Positions 17,952 through 26,631 of a stretch of DNA of 64,000 nucleotides are shown here, in pieces. Under the pieces are notes generated by a model that worked only from the letters and a program-made list of their open reading frames with translations, was not told the DNA's origin and did no database searches. Source of the stretch: Nitrososphaerota archaeon. Lineage in GTDB: Archaea; Thermoproteota; Nitrososphaeria; Nitrososphaerales; UBA57. The first letter of the stretch is position 1. Each line of letters begins with the position of its first letter. The position numbers were made by a program, and so were the translations under genes. The stretch is from NCBI GenBank assembly GCA_024860875.1, contig JACPSZ010000007.1, positions 148,218 to 212,217 of the forward strand, in the 5' to 3' direction.

Positions 17952-18446
17952 ATGATAAAAATAGACCTTAACAGCGCAATCAACCGCCCGGTTGACGAGG
18001 TCTGGAAGTCTCTGACTAACCCTTCTGTTGCAAAGCAGTGGATGTCAGGGCTTCTCCAGGTGAGTTCGATTTCTGAGGGCCCTTGGAATGTTGGTACGAA
18101 AATCCTGAAGGTGCAGCGGTTCGTGGGCTTACGGACTGAGATGGTCTATGACACCACAGTATATGAACCCAACAGAAAGTTAGCATACAAGACCGTGTCG
18201 GGGACTCTGTCGGGACCCTTGTCCTATGAGGCGTCCATAACCCTCGAGTCAATAGAAAGTGGCACTAAGCTGATCTATACGGGCCGGGGAGAGCTACGTG
18301 GTTTCTTCAAGCTAGTCGAGCCGGTCTTCACTCGCTGGGCAAGAAGACGCTTCAAGAACGATTTCAATACCTTCAAGGTGCTCCTGAAAGCCCAAGGTTA
18401 TAGCGCGTATTTGCATCACTCTCGAAGTCAAATAGGCGCGCGCTGA
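17952..18446 (+). CDS. SRPBCC (AHSA1/START-like) family protein
   Basis: 164 aa with the pattern INRPVDEVWKSLTNPSVAKQWM. Confidence 0.7.
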   Translation: MIKIDLNSAINRPVDEVWKSLTNPSVAKQWMSGLLQVSSISEGPWNVGTKILKVQRFVGLRTEMVYDTTVYEPNRKLAYKTVSGTLSGPLSYEASITLESIESGTKLIYTGRGELRGFFKLVEPVFTRWARRRFKNDFNTFKVLLKAQGYSAYLHHSRSQIGAR

Positions 18447-19057
18447 TTTCCCGGAAACTACCAACTTTTTGGAAGCAGGATTCCTAGTGCGCCTGAGCCT
18501 AAATAGGAAAGATGCGGCCCGGTAAGAAATCCATGAAAAATCTTCGTAAAATGCACTTATTTGAGTCGAACTCGCAGGGCATGCGGATCGGCTCGTTCAA
18601 CTCCATCTACAATATGAGTGATAGGAGCGATGGCCTGAAGCACCCCATCTTCCCGTCTTGTTCGACCCGTATCACGCCTACCCCAGGTGTGTTGCCTACG
18701 GCGTTGTTAACGCCTGCCACATTCGCAGTCAGCGGACTCACAGTCTACATTCAGCCATAGCCCAACGAAATGCGATTGGAGCAGGTAGGCACCTAGCGTT
18801 GATCATGACTCCCATCCTCGATCTAGTTTTTAGTGAGCGCGCGCTCTGTGTAAGGGATCGTCCCTCTACCGATAGCTCCAGCTCTTGCGGCCGCTTCCTG
18901 ATTATTATCTTCAGATTTGTGATCTGGCTATTGCGATTGGTGTTTTGTATCGTTCGCTGGGTTCTCTGCGCGCTCTCTCTCTGAAGTTCTGTTTCTGTGG
19001 TAAGCTGTGATTTGTGATACCGATCAATTCTTGAATTACTTGTATTGGCCGAAATTG

Positions 19058-20149
19058 TCATTTAAGGTCTGATGTAGCAGTCAGTATGGCAATTTCTCTT
19101 GACGCAAGACGATCTGTCAGTTTGATGCTTGACATCCCTGCAATAAGACCAGCAATCAGCATTGGAGCGAGCAGAATTAGGACCATCTGGTTTGCACCCA
19201 TCCATAAATTAAATGCGTACCAGCCATCAAGGTACGATGCAAAGGGTGCGATAAAACCCGAAGCGAGCAATGTCTTCCATTTTGCATTTCTATTGCCTAT
19301 CCACAAGTCGAAGAGGAATACAGGAATTATGAAGGTAAGGTATAGCGGAATAAAAGAAACTAGTTGTGGGCCAGGGTCTTTAGCACCAAGGATCATAGCG
19401 CGAAAGCCAAGGTTTGCAGTTGCAGACACAAATGCAGAAAGTAATGCAATGACCGTAAGGGCTCCTCTCCATGCAAAGACTCTTTTCGTAATGAAGAATA
19501 CTAGAGTCCCTGTCGCAGAAACTAGTGTTGCACCTATAGCAAAAGCTATCTGCGTTGTCTGCTTTACGAAATTATCGCCAAGATGGAACGTGTATGCGAT
19601 GCCGTTAACATCCAAGACAAGATAGACCGCTGTGTTCAGGTCTAGCCAGAGGGTCGTTAATGCTATAATTGCAAGTAGTTGGAGCCACTTTTGCGATAGT
19701 AGAACCTTCGCAGAGATTCTTGTGCCGTAAAGCTGAAGAAGACGGATATTGCCGACTGCCATCCCGATGCCGTTCAGAATAATTCCTCCTATCAGCAATG
19801 TATGAGACGGAGTGAAGAGGAATGGGTCAAAGCCAAAATTAGTGTGCCACCAAAAGTCTGCAGGCCCTGCTATGATTTGCATACCACCTCCTACAAGTGC
19901 AATATTAAGCCCAGCCAGCAATGACTTTTGAGAACTCTTGCCTCTAGAGGACAATCGAATTACAATGCCCAAAAAAGCTGCCATAAGGATTAATACAATT
20001 CCTGCATAGAGCAGGACATGGTTTGGGCCGAAGAAAGTTTCTACCAAGCCAAGCGTATGCCATGAAACATCCCAATAACCTCCCGCAATCTGTAGGAATG
20101 CGCCTACAGTACCTATGGTATAAGCTATGAGCAGCAGATTCTGCAGCAC
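19058..20149 (-). CDS. Integral membrane protein (about 10 TM helices), unknown function
   Basis: 363 aa and strongly hydrophobic throughout. W-x-x-W-H-type motifs recur (YWDVSWHTLG, FWWHTNFGFDP). Confidence 0.65.
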   Translation of the reverse strand: MLQNLLLIAYTIGTVGAFLQIAGGYWDVSWHTLGLVETFFGPNHVLLYAGIVLILMAAFLGIVIRLSSRGKSSQKSLLAGLNIALVGGGMQIIAGPADFWWHTNFGFDPFLFTPSHTLLIGGIILNGIGMAVGNIRLLQLYGTRISAKVLLSQKWLQLLAIIALTTLWLDLNTAVYLVLDVNGIAYTFHLGDNFVKQTTQIAFAIGATLVSATGTLVFFITKRVFAWRGALTVIALLSAFVSATANLGFRAMILGAKDPGPQLVSFIPLYLTFIIPVFLFDLWIGNRNAKWKTLLASGFIAPFASYLDGWYAFNLWMGANQMVLILLAPMLIAGLIAGMSSIKLTDRLASREIAILTATSDLK

Positions 20150-20348
20150 AATCTAATTATGATGCCAGATGCTTTTAACCGCTACGATGCTGGTACTTTG
20201 CTTGGAAATCTTCTTACTGGCTATCGATAGGATATAGCTCCTATCTTGCGCGCTAAACCGTCACAGAAGAACCGCTTAAAGTTTGATTGCGACACAAGGA
20301 ACCATTGCGACCTAGTTCTTTTAAAGGGAGGGCCTTTGGGGGGATAGC

Positions 20349-20585
20349 ATGGCCTCAATTAGAGTAAAGGATGACGGTTCGGCGCCGATCGTAGCGAAAG
20401 GTCGCGAACCGCCGTTCAAGCAGGGTGAATACTACGTGTTCGAGGTCACCGACGATGAGGCGAAGTACTGGAACAAGCTTCCTCCTGGGAGAAAGGACGA
20501 GATCTGGAGGCAATCAAGGAAAGAAGCCAGAGACGTCCGGCTCCTTGTGGAAGCATTCGTCTACAAGCCACGCCACGTGAAATGA
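20349..20585 (+). CDS. Hypothetical small protein
   Basis: 78-aa ORF with no recognised family. Confidence 0.35.
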   Translation: MASIRVKDDGSAPIVAKGREPPFKQGEYYVFEVTDDEAKYWNKLPPGRKDEIWRQSRKEARDVRLLVEAFVYKPRHVK

Positions 20586-20840
20586 ACCCTAGGCTCGTGC
20601 AGACGACCCCCGAACCTCAAATCGAGATTCCCTGCTTCTAAATGTAGGGTTCCTTCCGGCCCATTTTTAGCCTGGTTTACACCACTCTTGCTTCTTATCC
20701 AAAGAACTCTTTGAGGCTCTGATCAAGAACTTTATGAGGAAAATGGCCATAGGCATGAAGAGGATACTGAAGTAGCTAAGTTTCTAGCGGCTCCACGAAA
20801 GCCTAACGCGGAAGATAGATGGGTTTCAGATGATGCTCAG

Positions 20841-21158
20841 ATGTTATCGGACTCATTACTAAGAGGAAAGGTCGTTTCAAGAAACCTTCGCGGTTTGCTG
20901 AAAAAAGGAGGTATCTGTGTCCGCGTCGAATATGCAAAGGCTGAGAGAGAAAGGTTGACCGAACTTGAACAATGCCGTCTAGCTTTCGAGGAGGGGTCGT
21001 TGAAAACATCTGTGAATGGAAGAAAGGCAGAAAAATTATTCGACTTCATTAGTTCCACTTACTTCCAATCGAAAGTCATGGAAGATGTGTATTATCAGAC
21101 AAAAGATGAAACCGATAGAAAGGGAGGTTACTCGATAACTATGGTGGAAGCAGTGTGA
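20841..21158 (+). CDS. Hypothetical protein
   Basis: 105-aa ORF with no recognised family. Competing antisense ORFs are present. Confidence 0.3.
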   Translation: MLSDSLLRGKVVSRNLRGLLKKGGICVRVEYAKAERERLTELEQCRLAFEEGSLKTSVNGRKAEKLFDFISSTYFQSKVMEDVYYQTKDETDRKGGYSITMVEAV

Positions 21159-21292
21159 TGAACCTTGGTTCTTCAAGCACAGAAATATGTGAGAAGATCC
21201 ATTTACACTCTTTTGCATGGGGGAAATGTCCCACCGTCCCTATCTCCCTCCTGCGACACTACCAATAACTGCTAGACTTGAGCCCGTTTGCA

Positions 21293-21310
21293 TTCAAATC
21301 CCACCAGGCC
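21293..21310 (+). other. tRNA 3'-end fragment (T-loop, T-stem 3' strand and part of the acceptor 3' strand), identical to tRNA-Arg 45129..45146
   Basis: ttcaaatcccaccaggcc is an 18/18 match on the same strand. No T-stem 5' strand or other tRNA parts lie upstream, so it is a fragment and not a gene. Confidence 0.65.
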
Positions 21311-21440
21311 TGCACCCTATAATCGCGATTTGCAAAAAGAGGGGAAGGGCAGGTCGGGCAAGTCAACCTAACCATGTAGAATTAGTTATTCCCGAGCGAC
21401 GAACTATTCTTTTTTAGCTTGTGTTGCATGGCATTGACGG

Positions 21441-22526
21441 ATGAAGGCAAGGCGAATCTTTGGAGATTTCGAGCCGTACGGCTGGGAACCCTCCAACGAG
21501 CAGATAGCTAAAGAGTTTGGACTCAAAACTGACAGAATACTCAGGTTTGATACCAACACATCACCTTACATCCCTTCATCTCTTCTGCAAGAGCTCAAGA
21601 AGGGCTTGGAAGACCTTCCAGTAAATAGGTATCCAGACACGTCTTATTCCATTTTGAGGAGAAAACTGGCATCGTACAACAAGTGCAACCCAGACAACAT
21701 CATGGTTTCGAATGGTGCTGATGAGTCGCTCGACATAATTGTAAAGACCTTCGTAGACGAAAATAGGGAAGTCATATTATCTGTCCCTACATACTCCTAT
21801 TATCCTGTGCTGGTACGCTTAATGGCTGGGAAGGTAAAACAGGTCAAACGGAACAAGGACTTTTCTGATAACTTTGCTGCTATAAAGAATGCGATAGGAA
21901 AGAATACTTGCATGGTAATGCTCTGCAGCCCCAATAACCCTACGGGCAACTTGGTAAATCCTGAAGGTCTGAGGAGCCTGCTTGAAACGAGCTGTGCCGT
22001 TATGATCGACGAAGCCTACTATGAGTTTTCCGGCAAGAGCCTCGCACACCTTACAAAATCATATGACAATCTAGTAATAGTCAGGACATTCTCGAAGGCA
22101 TTTTCGCTTGCGGGTTTGAGAGTGGGCTATACACTAGCTTCTGAAAAAACAACCTCGCTTCTAAACATGGTCAGGCCTCCTAACAGTGTCGGGGTAATCT
22201 CGCTTAGGCTTGCGGAGATAGCCCTAGACAATACAAAATTGGTAAGAGAAAACGTTTCTAGGATACTTGGCGAGAGAAATCGCTGTACGGCAGAGCTCTC
22301 TAAAATCAGAGGGATCAGAGTTATTCCTACAAATGCTAACTTTATGCTCATTCGATTTGGAAAATATACAGGCTCGGAAGTCTACAAGAAACTAGCTAAG
22401 AGAGGGCTTGTCGTAAGAGATGTTAGCAAGTTACCTGCCCTGAAGCACTGCGTAAGGTTCAGTGTTGGAAAGCCAGAAGAGGATGATGTACTTCTAAAAA
22501 CGATCCGTGAAATAGCCAAGGGCTGA
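21441..22526 (+). CDS. hisC: Histidinol-phosphate aminotransferase
   Basis: 361 aa. Class-II aminotransferase pattern: NRYPD, SNGADESLD, CSPNNPTGN, DEAYYEF, and the PLP-Lys motif RTFSKAFSLAGLRVGY. Confidence 0.85.
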   Translation: MKARRIFGDFEPYGWEPSNEQIAKEFGLKTDRILRFDTNTSPYIPSSLLQELKKGLEDLPVNRYPDTSYSILRRKLASYNKCNPDNIMVSNGADESLDIIVKTFVDENREVILSVPTYSYYPVLVRLMAGKVKQVKRNKDFSDNFAAIKNAIGKNTCMVMLCSPNNPTGNLVNPEGLRSLLETSCAVMIDEAYYEFSGKSLAHLTKSYDNLVIVRTFSKAFSLAGLRVGYTLASEKTTSLLNMVRPPNSVGVISLRLAEIALDNTKLVRENVSRILGERNRCTAELSKIRGIRVIPTNANFMLIRFGKYTGSEVYKKLAKRGLVVRDVSKLPALKHCVRFSVGKPEEDDVLLKTIREIAKG

Positions 22527-22528
22527 CC

Positions 22529-23509
22529 ATGGTACTAGTGCTCTCTCGCGAAGACATCGCTTCAGTCCTCGAAATGGATGATGTCATTGATGCGGTGGAG
22601 AGGGCATTCGTCGATTTTGCTAAAGGAAAGGCAAAGATGCCTCCGAGAAGCATAATGGATTTCCCAGAAAATGATGGATGGGTAGGGATAATGTCTGCAG
22701 CCATTGAAACTGCAGGCAGCATAGGGACAAAGGTTGTGACTGTATTCAAGAACAATGCAGGAAAGTCTATGCCGACTACCATGGCCACGATTCTGCTCAA
22801 CGACGCAAGCACAGGAGAACCTCTTGCAATAATGGAAGCTGGCCTGATAACTGCTATGAGGACTGGAGCAGCAAGTGCGATAGCTACAAAATATCTAGCA
22901 CGGAAAGACTCGCATGTTGTTGGCCTGTTTGGAGCTGGAATACAGGCAAAGTATCAGCTGTTTGGAGTGAGCAGGGTAAGAAAAGTCGGTAACGTCAAAC
23001 AGTACACCCCTACCAAAGCAAGGCAAAAGAAATTCGCAGAGGAGATGGAAAAGGAAATCGGTGCAAAAATTCAGATCGTTGGAAATCCAAAAGAATCGGT
23101 GCAAAATTCGGACATCGTGATAACTGCAACAACATCTCCAACTCCAGTCTTCAATGGTAAATGGGTTTCAGATGGTACGCATATCAACGCAATTGGTGCA
23201 CACACAAAGGACACAAGGGAACTTGATACGACACTAATTGAAAAGGCAAAGATTGTCGTGGACCTCCGAGAGGCTGCTCTCAAAGAAGCTGGAGAGATTG
23301 TGATTCCCAAGGCGGAAGGCAAGAAGTTAAACATCTACGCGGAACTGTCAGAACTTGTTTCTGGCAAAAAGAAAGGAAGAACATCGGATTCAGAAGTCAC
23401 TGTTTACAAGGGATGCGGTATAGCACTTGAAGACCTAGCAGTGGCAAAACTTGCTTATGATTTAGCAACAAAGAAGGCTCTAGGGAAGAATATCTACCTG
23501 CAGAACTAG
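22529..23509 (+). CDS. Ornithine cyclodeaminase / mu-crystallin family protein (archaeal alanine dehydrogenase type)
   Basis: 326 aa. Has the family N-terminus (LSREDIASVLEMDDVIDAVERAF), the Rossmann motif VGLFGAGIQA, and HINAIGA. Confidence 0.8.
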   Translation: MVLVLSREDIASVLEMDDVIDAVERAFVDFAKGKAKMPPRSIMDFPENDGWVGIMSAAIETAGSIGTKVVTVFKNNAGKSMPTTMATILLNDASTGEPLAIMEAGLITAMRTGAASAIATKYLARKDSHVVGLFGAGIQAKYQLFGVSRVRKVGNVKQYTPTKARQKKFAEEMEKEIGAKIQIVGNPKESVQNSDIVITATTSPTPVFNGKWVSDGTHINAIGAHTKDTRELDTTLIEKAKIVVDLREAALKEAGEIVIPKAEGKKLNIYAELSELVSGKKKGRTSDSEVTVYKGCGIALEDLAVAKLAYDLATKKALGKNIYLQN

Positions 23510-24792
23510 GTCTCGAATACCAGTATGTACTCGTGAGGATAGGCAAGGATCTTGTTCAATGACCTTGCAGAAACGAACTTTCCTGTTGCTGGGTCTCTTG
23601 TTGAAGGCAAATACTTTGAAGGGACTTCCCTCGAAATTACTTTCTTGAGCGACAAACCCATGTTGACAAACATCTCGACGAAGACCTGCGCGTTACATAT
23701 TTCAACGCCCCTAAGCTTAGTATTACCAATGACTATGGCTATCCTTCCAGAAGGTTCGAGCACTCTAAGCATTTCTTTAAAGCATTCCTGCATGTCTGAG
23801 AAGTAAGCAGAAACAGACCTTCCCAGTCCTTCGTCGTTCTTTGAAAGGTTCGTTATGACATCATGGGCCATGTAGCTCAACAATTCTGAGCGTGTTTCCT
23901 TTCTCGACATTGACCCAATGAATATTCTCCTTATTTGTTCTGATGGGAAAAGATTGCCGAGCCACATCAGCGTAAGCTGATGGATGTCAGCATATTCGTA
24001 GCTTGTAACGTAAGGAGGAGAGGTTGCTACGAGCGAAATCGTTTTGTCCTTTATGGGGAGCCTTTTCGCATCGGAGATTTCAATGCTCTTTCTAGAATTG
24101 AAACCTTCTATGTCGAGGAGAATGTTATAAAGCTCTTCATTTCTAGCCTGCATCTTCAACACATGTCTGCGGAATATCTCTATGGGCTTTGGCTCAGTTT
24201 TGGCAAATTTGTCGGGCTCTCTATATGGTTTTATCGAGTACATGCTCCAGTAGCTGCATGCCTTTAGTATCTGTGAGAAAGCGCACAGAAAGAATGTCTT
24301 GACATCATTGTCGTCGAAATTAATTGCACGCAAAATTGTATTCAGTTCGGGAATTACCCTTTCCGGGAACCAGCTGTGAATTCCTTTAGGCAGATTATCT
24401 GTCGATGCTTTTCGATAGTACTTCAAGCTGCTGAATAGGTACTCTATCGATTTTTCCAGAACGCTTGGATTGATTGGGGTCGTCTTGGCTTTTGTTATTA
24501 GGTAGCCGAGCGGGTTTATGTCGGAGCCATATGCAACTCTTCCCGATAGCAGGCCTTCGAGCACAGCCGAGCCGGAACCGCAGAATGGGTCAAGAACAAC
24601 ATCATCAATAGAAGTGTTTTCCTCTATGACCCGCCTTGCAAGCTGCGGTATGAACTTCGCAGGATAGCGATGGTAACAGTGCGTAAGGTAGTTAGTATCC
24701 TTCTGCGTCAACCCTCTGAAAGACCAAGATTCGTCATTTCTTAATTCGGTAAATAGGGAAAGGTCAAGCCTGTAGCCTAGCGACGGTTGCAC
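23506..24792 (-). CDS. DNA methyltransferase (N6-adenine or N4-cytosine), motif I before motif IV
   Basis: 428 aa with the AdoMet motif DPFCGSGSAVLEG near the N-terminus and the catalytic SPPY (VATSPPYVTSYEY) in the C-terminal half. Confidence 0.8.
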   Translation of the reverse strand: MQPSLGYRLDLSLFTELRNDESWSFRGLTQKDTNYLTHCYHRYPAKFIPQLARRVIEENTSIDDVVLDPFCGSGSAVLEGLLSGRVAYGSDINPLGYLITKAKTTPINPSVLEKSIEYLFSSLKYYRKASTDNLPKGIHSWFPERVIPELNTILRAINFDDNDVKTFFLCAFSQILKACSYWSMYSIKPYREPDKFAKTEPKPIEIFRRHVLKMQARNEELYNILLDIEGFNSRKSIEISDAKRLPIKDKTISLVATSPPYVTSYEYADIHQLTLMWLGNLFPSEQIRRIFIGSMSRKETRSELLSYMAHDVITNLSKNDEGLGRSVSAYFSDMQECFKEMLRVLEPSGRIAIVIGNTKLRGVEICNAQVFVEMFVNMGLSLKKVISREVPSKYLPSTRDPATGKFVSARSLNKILAYPHEYILVFET

Positions 24793-24924
24793 TCATTGTG
24801 CAACTCCTCCCATTCAATTCCAGAGAACGACATCTGCGATACATATGGGACAAAGGCGTCCCTTACTCAGTTGAATAGTATCCGGCTAAAAACTTTAAGA
24901 TAATTATGTGAAAAATTTGTAACT

Positions 24925-25071
24925 CTAGCCTTGACGCTCTATCTCTATTTTTCCGCTAACGTTTCTTAATACGAGAATTTTGTTTTCCTCAAAGGTTACT
25001 TTGAGGTAATTGTCCTTCTCCTCTATTGCAACTACCTTGGCAAATTCGAGACCTTCAGTTGGGTCAGCCAT
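24925..25071 (-). CDS. 48-aa hypothetical protein, paralogue of 25077..25223
   Basis: MADPTEGLEFAKVVAIEEKDNYLKVTFEENKILVLRNVSGKIEIERQG. It is below the ORF-track cutoff and I translated it by hand. It aligns with its neighbour (IE..DN....F..N.......K.E.). Confidence 0.35.
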   Translation of the reverse strand: MADPTEGLEFAKVVAIEEKDNYLKVTFEENKILVLRNVSGKIEIERQG

Positions 25072-25076
25072 CTAGA

Positions 25077-25223
25077 TCACTCTGGTACGCTTGTAACTTC
25101 TAGTTTCTCGTTTGCAGCATTGACAAACATGAATCTGTTGTCTTGAAATACAAAGACAACTTCATTGTCGCTTCTTTCGATGGTCATCAGCAATTGCCCT
25201 ATAACTCCATCAAACTTTGCCAT
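25077..25223 (-). CDS. 48-aa hypothetical protein, paralogue of 24925..25071
   Basis: MAKFDGVIGQLLMTIERSDNEVVFVFQDNRFMFVNAANEKLEVTSVPE. It lies in tandem, with a 5-nt gap to the next small ORF. Confidence 0.35.
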   Translation of the reverse strand: MAKFDGVIGQLLMTIERSDNEVVFVFQDNRFMFVNAANEKLEVTSVPE

Positions 25224-25308
25224 GTCTAGCTGCAAGTTTTTTTGAAGATGATATTAGCGTTTCCATAGGGTTAATCTTTAGGCTCTTTTATGGTGCTACA
25301 GAGCAGAG

Positions 25309-26631
25309 TTGGGAGAACTAACAGGATACAGAGGAGCCTCGTTGAAGGTGCTCTCGCAATACGAGATTTCTGTTGGAGACCTCATACTTGTCAAGGCCAA
25401 GGGAACTGAGTTTAGGGGTTCTCTGCTACCTCGCTATGAACATGCGGATGATAGGCATGTTGTTTTGAAACTCGATAACGGCTACAATATCGGGATTGAA
25501 GTTTCTAGTATAGAATCGATAAAGAAACTTGCAGGGGGCCAAAAGCCGAGTTTCGTCGCTCCTCCTCTTCCAAAGCTCGACCCTAAACTGCCTAAAGTTT
25601 CAATACTCGGAACAGGCGGCACGATTGCAAGCAGGATAGACTACAAGACTGGTGCTGTACATCCAGCCTTTTCTGCAGAGGAACTCTATTCGGTAATACC
25701 AGAACTGGCAAGGTGCGCCCAGATAGAAACTGAAGCAGTATTCAACATCTACAGCGAAAATATGACTCCCTCGCATTGGACAAAACTTGCTGATGCCTGT
25801 ACAAAAAAGGCTCGGAGTGCAGACGGGATAGTTATTGGTCATGGGACAGATACCATGGCCTACACCTCAGCAGCTCTAAGCTTTGCACTACAAGGAATTG
25901 GAATTCCTGTAGTGTTTGTCGGCTCCCAGAGATCTACTGATAGACCCTCTTCGGATGCCGCGATAAACATGGTTTCTGCTGTGACATTTGCAGCTAGGGC
26001 TCCAGTTGCAGGCGTGTACGTTGCCATGCATGCTAAGACTGATGATGCTAGTGTTGCCGTGCATTTGGGCACGAAGGTGCGCAAGAACCACACCAGCAGG
26101 AGAGATGCTTTCGAATCGGTAAACACTTCACCAGTTTCGTACGTTATAGACGAAAAAATCGAGATAAAGGCAAGAAACCTTCCCCCTAGAAAGCATAGCA
26201 TCTTGGAGTCTAGAAGCAAGTTTGAAGAGAAGGTCGCACTCGTAAAGTTCTACCCGGGTTTTGATAAACTACTGATTGAAACTTTGGTGAAGAATGGCTC
26301 CAAAGGGATAGTTCTTGAGGGTACGGGGCTGGGACATGTCAGCACAAACTGCTACGTTGCAATAAAGAAGGCAGTAGATGACGGGGTGCTTGTTGGAATG
26401 ACTTCGCAGTGCATTTGGGGGAGGGTCAGGATGACTGTCTATTCTACGGGAAGAGAACTACTGAACCTTGGTGTCATACCTCTTGGCGGCATGCTTCCAG
26501 AAACTGCCTTGGTCAAGATGATGTGGGTTCTTGGTAACTTTGCTAATGCTGAAGAGCAGAAAAAATTGCTGCAAAACAATTTGGTTGGAGAAATAAACGA
26601 ACGCTCTCCGCTTGAGAGGCGCTCCAAATGA
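25309..26631 (+). CDS. gatD: Glutamyl-tRNA(Gln) amidotransferase subunit D
   Basis: 440 aa with a TTG start. Asparaginase-type motifs are present (LGTGGTIAS, GHGTDTM). It overlaps gatE by 4 nt. Confidence 0.9.
   Translation: MGELTGYRGASLKVLSQYEISVGDLILVKAKGTEFRGSLLPRYEHADDRHVVLKLDNGYNIGIEVSSIESIKKLAGGQKPSFVAPPLPKLDPKLPKVSILGTGGTIASRIDYKTGAVHPAFSAEELYSVIPELARCAQIETEAVFNIYSENMTPSHWTKLADACTKKARSADGIVIGHGTDTMAYTSAALSFALQGIGIPVVFVGSQRSTDRPSSDAAINMVSAVTFAARAPVAGVYVAMHAKTDDASVAVHLGTKVRKNHTSRRDAFESVNTSPVSYVIDEKIEIKARNLPPRKHSILESRSKFEEKVALVKFYPGFDKLLIETLVKNGSKGIVLEGTGLGHVSTNCYVAIKKAVDDGVLVGMTSQCIWGRVRMTVYSTGRELLNLGVIPLGGMLPETALVKMMWVLGNFANAEEQKKLLQNNLVGEINERSPLERRSK

Noticed and set aside
18738-19061. 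A 107-aa ORF coupled by ATGA overlap to the membrane-protein gene
   Set aside because: The sequence is low-complexity and polar at the N-terminus (TSNSRIDRYHKSQLTTETELQRESAQRTQRTIQNTNRNSQ). It has no recognisable domain and overlaps two other equally poor ORFs. I kept it only as a possibility in the finding on 18447-19057.
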